A stretch of DNA of 64,000 bases from Octopus vulgaris (taxonomy: Eukaryota): the NCBI GenBank assembly GCA_951406725.2, contig OX597828.1:20770001-20834000 (forward strand), read 5' to 3'. Below, in pieces: positions 55,210 through 64,000 of this stretch. The notes beneath the pieces are model-generated. The model made no database searches. It was not told the DNA's origin and saw only the letters and a program-made list of their open reading frames with translations. The stretch's first letter is position 1, and every line of letters starts with the position of its first letter. Position numbers and translations under genes: made by a program.

Positions 55210-55374
55210 ACAACAAATCACTTGTTATGCAAGTACATCTCCGTAATATATATATATATCAATCATAAACAAGAATTTTTCTCCACAATAACTGCAGTGG
55301 GTTTGTCTTTAGAAGTTAAAATAGGTCACAAAACATATCTTAACTGACTTAATGTTTGTTCCTGCATATAGATA

Positions 55375-55407
<33 letters not shown>

Positions 55408-55928
55408 CTAGCAATGCATCCCGGCATTGCCCAGGTGTTATGACCTCCAGTCCCATTGTATTATTTGTTCCTTTCTTATGGGCAAAATCAGCACAGCTGA
55501 TATATAGTGAAGTGGATTACTAGCATAACAGAAATTATTGTTTGTTTAAAAGTGAGAGGGGAGGGGGTAGAGTAAAATTTGCATGGGTTTGCATGAAAGT
55601 GCATTCTGTTCTTAAGAAGGGTCACAGGTTATGTATTGTTTCAACATATAAAAGGGGATTAATACAATTTTGCCCAGAAATCACATTTCCAAAATTTTAA
55701 TTTCCCCCATTCTCACCACCATTTCTTAATTTGTAAGTTTTTTTTTTACTATTTTTTTTACCCACATTACAAATCTGGGAAATATATATATTTTTTTAAG
55801 TTTAATTATTCATAAAGAAACACTCCCTACCCCTTCCCCCACATTGCCCATTCATCACCTACCCGCTTTCAAAAACCTAAAACCTCTCAATGTTTCACTT
55901 TCATCTGATGTCTCATGTATGCCCACGG

Positions 55929-56175
55929 GACTATGGCTTAGTGGTTAAGAGCGCAGGCTACTAACCCCAAGATTCCGAGTTCGATTCCAGGCAGTGACCT
56001 TAATAATAATGATAATAATAACAATATCAAAAAATACCTTAGGAATGAGAACCCAGGTTCGAAATTTCCCCAAGACACCTGATGAAGCCTGGAGGGCATA
56101 TCAGCTGAAACGCTATGTTAACAACAAACAAGATGAGGGGAAATATCTGCCAAATGTAAATAAAGTAAATAATGT
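55929..56175 (+). mobile_element. tRNA-headed SINE (family F) with hammerhead-bearing tail
   Basis: A box TGGCTTAGTGG, B box GTTCGATTCC, (AAT)n linker, then GACAC-CTGATGA..GAAAC; other copies at 24349-24654 and 37305-37533. Confidence 0.75.
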
Positions 56176-57144
56176 ATGCATAGAATTGTACTGAAATAGC
56201 AGATGTAAAAAATACCAGACCACCACCAGAAAACCTGACATGCTAGAAACAACAGGCTTTTTTTGAAAGTGGTGAGGTGATGGGTGGATGTTTGGGAAGG
56301 AGATTTTAGTGTTTCTTTAAGAAAAAAGGAAGAAGAAAATTCTTAAAGATTCGTACTCTCTGCTTTCCTCTTTGTGGATTATCAAGAGAAAAATTGGGGT
56401 AAGGAGGGAAAAAATTAAAATATTGAGAATGTGTTTTGGGGTGAAATCCCAAGTTATTTTATAGCTTTCTTTCGTTTGAAGCAGCAAAGTTGTCAACTTG
56501 ATCATATGGTCGATCATATGGGATCATGATTGTTAATTTCTGTAACAAAGTTTTTTATTTCTTTATGCTTTGAAGAGAGCAGAAATTGAAAGGGAGGAGA
56601 AAGTGAAAAGGCGACATTTACTTTGAAGTGAGAGTAGAAAAGTGTGTGGGTGTGTGTGTGCATGAGAGAGAGAGAGTGAATGAGTGAAGATGTGTTATCA
56701 TGTATGTATTTTTTTTAATGTATGTGTAAGTGGTACACACCCGCTCCCTCTCTCTCTCACACACACATGCATTATCTTTCATATACATGTTCATAAATAC
56801 ATATGTAGGCATCTTTTTTGTATGTATGTAAACATGTGCATGTGAGAGAGAGGGTGAGTGACTGTATTTCCTCATAACATATAGAGAAATGGGTATCTTT
56901 TAATGACTTTTTTGAGTTGTGGCTTATTTTAATACAATACATATGTGTATATTTTCATAACTGTTTGTCTAGGTAGAATTCTACACATGCATGAAACATT
57001 GGACAAAAGTGAAACATTAGAAACACATTGAAGTATTACCTGAAAATGACTTCAAAATTGTGCGACCCAACGTCATTTCTGAGATTATTTTAGTAGTAAA
57101 AAAGGGTTGTTGTGCCAAAAACATAGTTTATTTGATAGCCTTTA

Positions 57145-58064
57145 TATTGGGTCATCCCATAAATAATGTAGTAGTTTTGTACTTCTTTCATTTTTCAAAA
57201 TTAAGAAAAACTTCTTTTTTAATCTAAAATATACTTTCTTTCATCTTCTATAATGCTCTTCCATCTATCTAGTAAACTTGCAAGGCCCCACTTCCATAAT
57301 TTACTAGCCATGATGAAAAATACTCCTCCACTACTGTTCTGACCTCATCTACAGAATTCAAATTTTTCCATCCAAATGATTTTGAAGACTGGAATACGTG
57401 ACAATCAGACAGGGCAATGTCCAGCGAATATGGTGGGTGGAGCATTGTTTCCCATTTAAACTGCTCCAGCCTTTGAAATGTCATCCTCACTGTATGTGAC
57501 CAAGTATCATTCTGAGCAAAGAACACCTTTCATCTTGAAATCAAAGATGGTCATTTTTCTTTTAGTGCTGACTTGAATGAGTGTTTGCATGACCAAATCC
57601 AAGCTTCTCTACAACTTTCTCAACAGTTATAATGAGATTTTGCTCTACCAGGGTTTGCAGGATGTCCTGGTTGAGCTCTACAGATCTTCCAGGATGTGGC
57701 TCATCATCTAGGCTGTAGTTTCCGGCTCAGAATTTCTGGAACCACAGTTGAGACTGGCTTACGCTTATTGTCCGATCCCCATATACTGCACTGATATTCC
57801 TCACACTTTCCATTGCATTGTTGCCTTTATTGAACTCATAAAGCAAAATATGCCAAATATGCTCCTTTGTCACTTCCATTATAGCTTTGAAAAAATAACT
57901 GTTAAAATCAAACTACACTCTTCAAAATTTTCATGAAGAATAAGTACAAGGTAAAATTACTACCGGCTTTTATAGCAAGTTGATGCAGGTAGTTTATCCC
58001 ATTCCTCTCTGATTTTTGATTCATGCAATTGGAAAATCCACATTACTTATGGGATGATACAATA
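57145..58064 (-). mobile_element. Internally deleted mariner element with transposase pseudogene
   Basis: TA flanks; TIRs TATTGGGTCATCCCATAA / TTATGGGATGATACAATA; HPPYSLDIALSD resembles the YSPDLAPSD motif. Confidence 0.9.
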
Positions 58065-59185
58065 TATATAGATAGATGATAAGCAGCTTTCTTTGTTATA
58101 GTATAGATGTGACTAATTCGGGGAAACATTACTTTCATTATTCATACATCGTCACTCTTGTAATGCAACACTTTGTAATTTCGGTTCAAATTGCAAGTGT
58201 GAAACTTTTTGCACTTTCTAATGAAACCTGGTCAGTGTAGAGCAGTGTCTTTCCAATAACCAATGCTGGTTGTTGAGATAATGAAGAAAATATGTAAATG
58301 AAAATGAAGTTTATTTCGTAACCGAAAGATTACTGGATCTTTTGATACCCCATACGTCAAAATCGGCAACACAGTTATTACACACACACACACATACACA
58401 CACAAACTCTCTTTTATATATATATATATATATATATAAAGATGTGTGTTTGTGCGTGTGTATGCGTGTGTTTGTGTGTGTGTAATAAGTGTATACATAT
58501 ATATCTTAGAAAACGGATATAACAACAATAATGACAATAATAATAATAGAAATGTGTCAGTTTTAATCCAACTGAAGTACCTACTTATTGAATTAATGTG
58601 CAAGTGGCTGAGTATTCCACAGAACTGTGTAACCCTTAGCACAAATCTCAGGTTACATCAACAGCATCTATAATATGTGTGTGTCAAGGTCAGATCTTTG
58701 TGTTACAGACACCTGCAATCTATCCCACGCAAGATTCTCCAGACAGGTAGATCATCCCACTTTTTCTGCACCAGTCATCCATAAATACAGGCTTATCCTT
58801 CACAGGGGCCGGTGCCACATAAAATGCACTCATGTCAGTGCTGCATATTTGTGAGTTAATTACACTGATCCCCCACTCCGGTGCTCAATTATTGACCCCG
58901 AAAGGATGAAGAGCAAATCTGACCTCGGTGGAATTTGAACTCAGTATGTAAAGACAGACAACGTGCCGCTAATTTTGAGATTTGAAATATAGTACTTAGG
59001 CGTTAAGTATTTTCTACAATACTTTATATCTAATTACCAAGTCTAATAATTTCTGGAACAAGACCCTGTGAGACCCTGGACAACAGGTTGTTGTCTTCTC
59101 TCACAGAATTAACAAGAGCAAGGAAGACAGAGCTCCAGGACAGAGCTCGGTAGTGAAGTGAAAGTACGATATAAAACTAAAACTA

Positions 59186-59237
<52 letters not shown>

Positions 59238-59777
59238 TTAATAATAATAATCTTTTCTACTATAGGCACAAGGCTGAAATTTTAGGTGGGAGGGCTAGTT
59301 GATTACATCAACCCCATTGCATAACTGGTACTTATTTCACTGACCCCAAAAGAATGATAGGCAAAGTCAACCTTGGAGGAATTTGAACTCATATCATGAG
59401 GACGGATGATATGCCATCAAGCGTGTTGCCCGGCCTGCTAACGATTCTATCATTTTGCCGCCTTAATAGTAATATTAATAATAATAAATATTAAAAATCT
59501 TTAAAAAGTAGCCAATTCATAAATGGCCACATTTATTATGAGTGAGTGTAGGAAGTGGGAGTTGGAGTGTAAGTGGAGCATGAGTGGAAGTGGAAGACTG
59601 AAGTTGATTAGATTGACCTCGTTAGTAATTTGATATTGCTACTTGAGAAAACGGACTCTGGAATGATAACGAGGCAATTGTAAATCATGTCCTGCTCTCA
59701 CCCACAACAGGATTAGAAGATGCTGCTTAAAGAGAACTTGAAGCTAACTATTAACCCGATCCATTTCACCATCATTC

Positions 59778-59956
59778 TCTCTTTTACTCTTCTACTCTTT
59801 TACTTGTTTCAGTCATTTGACTGCGGCCATGCTGGAGCACCGCCTTTAGTCGAATCAATTCGACCCCAGGACTTATTCTTTGTAAGCCCAGTACTTATTC
59901 TATCGTTTTTTTTTTGCCGAACCGCTAAGTTACGGGGACGTAAACACACCAGCAAA

Positions 59957-59987
<31 letters not shown>

Positions 59988-60197
59988 TACGTCAAGCAAC
60001 ATACATATATATATATATATATATACATATATACGACGGGCTTCTTTCAGTTTCCGTCTACCAAATCCACTCACAAGGCATTGGTCGGCCTGGGGCTATA
60101 GCAGAAGACACTTGCCCAAGATGCCATGCAGTGGGACTGAACCCGGAACCATGTGGTTGGTTAGCAAGCTACTTACCACACAGCCACTCCTGCGCCT
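59778..60197 (-). mobile_element. SINE family A
   Basis: Reverse complement of the consensus, with an internal deletion. Confidence 0.88.
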
Positions 60198-60257
60198 ATA
60201 TAGCCACTCCTGCGCCTATATAGCCACTCCTGCGCCTATATAGCCACTCCTGCGCCC
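60182..60257. repeat. 20-bp tandem repeat x4 derived from a SINE A 5' end
   Basis: (AGCCACTCCTGCGCCTATAT)n. Confidence 0.9.
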
Positions 60258-60742
60258 ATTGTTGTTGCTGTTGCTATTGAGATAGCAACAACAATAGCAA
60301 CAATAACAACAACAGCAACCACTGCTGCTGAGAAGGCTGCTCGAAAGGGAGGCAAACAGTCGCAGCAAACACTACCGTTACCACCATCACCATCACATAT
60401 TACAAATACAGGTGTGTGTGTGTGTGTGTGTATGTAGAGGTATGCATGTATATGTGTGTTATATATCATTATCCTCATCCTCATTTAAAGTCCGTTGTCC
60501 ATGCTGGCATGGGTTGGACAGTTTGACCAGAACTGGCAAGCCAGGGAGTTGCACCAGACTCCAGTCTGATTTGGCATGGATTCTACATCTGAATGCCCTT
60601 CCTAATGCCTAAGACTTTAGAGAGTGTGTGCTGGGCGCTTTTACATGGAGTCGCCACATATGTGTGCATGTGTGTGTGTGCATATATATGTGTATGGGTA
60701 TGTCTGTGTGTGTGTGTGTGTGCGTGTGTATATATATATATA

Positions 60743-60787
<45 letters not shown>

Positions 60788-61049
60788 TGGCGCAATGGCC
60801 CAGTGGTTAGGGCAGCGGACTCGCAGTTGTAGGATCGCGGTTTCGATTCCCAGACCGGGTGTTGTGAGTGTTTACTGAGCGAAAACACCTAAAGCTGTAC
60901 ACTTTCGCCACAACTTTTTCTCACTCTTTCTTCTGTTGGCCTGCTCGCTTAGCCAGCGGGGTGGCGTCATTTGAAGGCTAAAACAATGCGAAGCGCATTG
61001 TGACCAGTGATCTGTAGCAACATCAGATAGCCTGGTTGGTCACAGTGAT
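60788..61049 (+). mobile_element. tRNA-derived SINE family E (3' part also at 919-1041 -)
   Basis: TGGCCCAGTGGTTAG A box and GTTTCGATTCCC B-box-like motif; tail shared with 919-1041. Confidence 0.8.
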
Positions 61050-61096
61050 GTATGTATGTATGTATGTATGCATGCATGCATATATGTATGTATGTA

Positions 61097-61378
61097 TACA
61101 GGGTATAGTGAATAAACTATCATCTAAATTACACAAGAATGAAAATAACACTGACATCTCATTTTAACAGATATATTTACCAAAATTACTTAAAGATATC
61201 CTGAAAAACTAAGGAGTAAATTTATTCAACCATGGCCTCCAGACGACTTCAGAATCTCCTGCAACTCTTCTGGACGGTCTCCTTGTTTAAGTTGGTGAAT
61301 TCTATCATAAACCTTTTCTTCAGTTCATCTTTGCTGTTACAAGGAGTTTTCTTGGTCTCTTGCTCAACTGCCCCCCAC
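61097..61378 (-). mobile_element. Tc1/mariner (maT-like) transposase 3' remnant
   Basis: WGAVEQETKKTPCNSKDELK..CRRF*SRLEAMVE; TA|CAGGGT terminus. Confidence 0.7.
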
Positions 61379-61701
61379 TTAAAGATCAGTTGTGTTCTCA
61401 GGGTTGCTTTATTTTTACCCTTAACTTAGAAACAGAGGATGACATAGTGCTAGATATAAAAAATAAGCCATTTGGGGGCTAGAGATATTGCAGAAAACGT
61501 GAAATTCTTCGAGCAGGCATGTGTCTCATGTAAAATAAGTGCAAGCAATGTAATCTGTAATGACCCCATGTGATGCTGATGACCTGGAGTTGCCTCTAAT
61601 ATATATAGATGTATGTGCATGCATGTATATATATGAGTGTGTGTGTGTGTGTTTGTATATATATATATATTAATATATGCATTTCACGTACATGACATCA
61701 G

Positions 61702-61748
61702 GCGCCTGATGAACATACTTCTCATGTATGTGAAACTATTAGTAGCGC
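61702..61748 (+). ncRNA. Type I hammerhead ribozyme, canonical core
   Basis: GCGC-CTGATGA-ACATAC(ttctcat)GTATGT-GAAA-CT(att)AG-TA^GCGC: all three stems and every core base present. Confidence 0.85.
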
Positions 61749-61854
61749 ATGTAATACATGTGAAGTGAGACACATATATTAATAGTAGACTCTTATTAGA
61801 TGAAGTACTCTTCTTGTTGACCTTTCTATGCAGATCAATTTAGATTCTTTTAGT

Positions 61855-62258
61855 CTTTTACTTGTTTCAGTCATTTGACTGTGGCCATGCTGGAGCACAG
61901 CCTTTAGTCGAGCACATCAACCCCAGGACTTATTCTTTGTAAGCCTAGTACTTATTCTATCAGTCTCTTTTGCCGAACCGCTAAGTTACGGGGACATAAA
62001 CACACCAGCATCGGTTGTCAAGCAAAGTTGGGGGGACAAACAAAGACACAAACATATACATACACATACGTATATATATATATATACATATATACGACGG
62101 GCTTCTTTCAGTTTTCATCTACCAAATCCACTCACAAGGCTTTGGTTGGCCCGAGGCTACAGTAGAAGACACTTGCTCAAGGTGCCACGCAGTGGGAATG
62201 AACCTGAAACCATGTAAGTTCGTAAGCAAGCTACTTACCACACGGCCACTCTTATGCC
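61855..62258 (-). mobile_element. SINE family A, full length
   Basis: Reverse complement of the consensus. Confidence 0.9.
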
Positions 62259-62448
62259 CATATATATATATATATATATACATACATATATAATTATATA
62301 TATTCATATATATGCATGCATACATGTATATATACATACATATACATATATATATTCATATATATGCATGCATACATATATATATATATACATACATATA
62401 TATATACATACATATATATATATACATGCATACATACATATATACATG

Positions 62449-62489
<41 letters not shown>

Positions 62490-62492
62490 GCA

Positions 62493-62524
<32 letters not shown>

Positions 62525-62563
62525 CATGCATACATACATACATATATATATATATATACATGC

Positions 62564-62595
<32 letters not shown>

Positions 62596-62596
62596 G

Positions 62597-62678
<82 letters not shown>

Positions 62679-62721
62679 CACACATATATATATATATACA
62701 TATATATACATATATATACAT

Positions 62722-62767
<46 letters not shown>

Positions 62768-62837
62768 ACATATATATATACATATATATATATACTTACA
62801 TACATATATACATACATACACACATATATACATACAT

Positions 62838-62871
<34 letters not shown>

Positions 62872-63357
62872 ACATACATATATATATATACATACATGCA
62901 TATATACACACACACAAACACAGATGTGTATGTGTGTGTGTGTGTGTATGTAAATGATGGGAAGAAGAAGGCCTCAGGAAGGACAAATAGCTACTTACAC
63001 ACACACACTCACACACACACACACACACATATAGTTGCCAACTCAATGCAGACACCCTTTGCTTTTTCTCCATGGTTACTAAGGAGTAAGTCAATGAATA
63101 GCGACAATATACAACACTGCCGCCACCACCACCACTAGGTACTAACAGAACTACTATTATGCCATGCGCATTTCTACTACAACTACCATCACATCACCAC
63201 CATCACTATCTCTTCTACTAATACCACACCCCTCCATCACCACCACCATCACCAGTACTGCTAAGGAGCCTTTACGTGGTAACTCAACTTGTTAGAAATC
63301 ACAGCCAAATCCCCCTTAAATTACACCCAACCATCTTTAAAAATTAAAATAGTTGTA

Positions 63358-64000
63358 GGCGTGGCTGTGTGGTAAGATGTTTGCTTCCCAACCATGATTC
63401 CAGGTTCAGTCCTACAGTGTGGCACCTTGAGCGGGTGTCTTCTACTATAGCCCTGGGCCAACCAAAGACTTGTGAGTGGATTTGGAAGATGGAAACTGAA
63501 AAAAGCCTGTCAGACATCTGTGTGTTTGTGTGTGTGTGCGTCTTTGCTTCTGTGTCTTTCCCCCATCACTGCTTAACGACCGATGTAGGTTTGTTTACAT
63601 ACCCCCATAACTTAGCAGTTTTTGAAATGAAATCGACAGAATAAGTACCAGGCTTTGAAAAAATACAATAAATAAATAAATAAGGTGCAGGAGTGGCTGT
63701 GTGGTAAGTAGCTTGCTAACCAACCACATGATTCCGGGTTCAGTCCCACTGCGTGGCATCTTGGGCAAGTGTCTTCTGCTATAGTCCCGGGCCGACCAAT
63801 GCCTTGTGAGTGGATTTGGTAGACGGAAACTGAAAGAAGCCTGTCGTATATATGTAGATATATATATGTGTTTGTGTGTCTGTATTTGTCTCCCTAGCAT
63901 TGCTTGACAACCGATGCTGGTGTGTTTACGTCCCCGTTACTTAGCGGTTCGGCAAAAGAGACCGATAGAATAAGTACTGGGCTTACAAAGAATAGGTCCC
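63358..64000 (+). mobile_element. Two tandem family A SINEs (diverged 63358-63660; young 63684 to window end)
   Basis: Both match the family A consensus. Confidence 0.88.

Larger units (their letters stand above)
55408..58107 (-). mobile_element. Putative non-autonomous Helitron with nested insertions
   Basis: Minus-strand A|TCTATACTATAA start and CCTGGGCAATGCCGGG..CTAG|T end; pairing of the two ends is inferred. Confidence 0.55.

Noticed and set aside
60788-60860. tRNA-like sequences (also at 55929, 50663, 52896)
   Set aside because: No complete cloverleaf; each continues into a multicopy SINE body
53600-64000. Search for endophilin A exons 1-2 (amphipathic helix H0, SEKxGGA.GT)
   Set aside because: No matching exon found; they presumably lie beyond the window end

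Overview
Eukaryotic, AT-rich, microsatellite-dense DNA. The repeat content points to an octopus (coleoid cephalopod), which is my inference. The whole window lies inside one minus-strand gene, endophilin A (N-BAR/SH3 family). Four constitutive BAR-domain exons splice in frame (53452-53524, 50352-50492, 46257-46390, 33240-33306). The first exons and the helix-3/SH3 exons were not found and presumably lie outside the window. The >33 kb intron after the BAR-tip exon holds two paralogous frame-preserving cassette exons (25122-25199, 21807-21878) and candidate microexons. The introns are packed with at least five tRNA-headed SINE families, RTE-type LINE remnants, Helitrons, Tc1/mariner and piggyBac-like remnants, minisatellites and foldback elements. 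The main hidden signal is a set of type I hammerhead-ribozyme motifs of the Penelope-associated kind, in several distinct repeat families. They include a canonical intact copy (61702-61748), U3-A8 and G3-C8 core-swap variants, an A6U family, and a tRNA-headed SINE with a hammerhead in its tail. Almost all ORFs in the supplied track are microsatellite artefacts. Repeat boundaries are approximate and all folds were done by eye.
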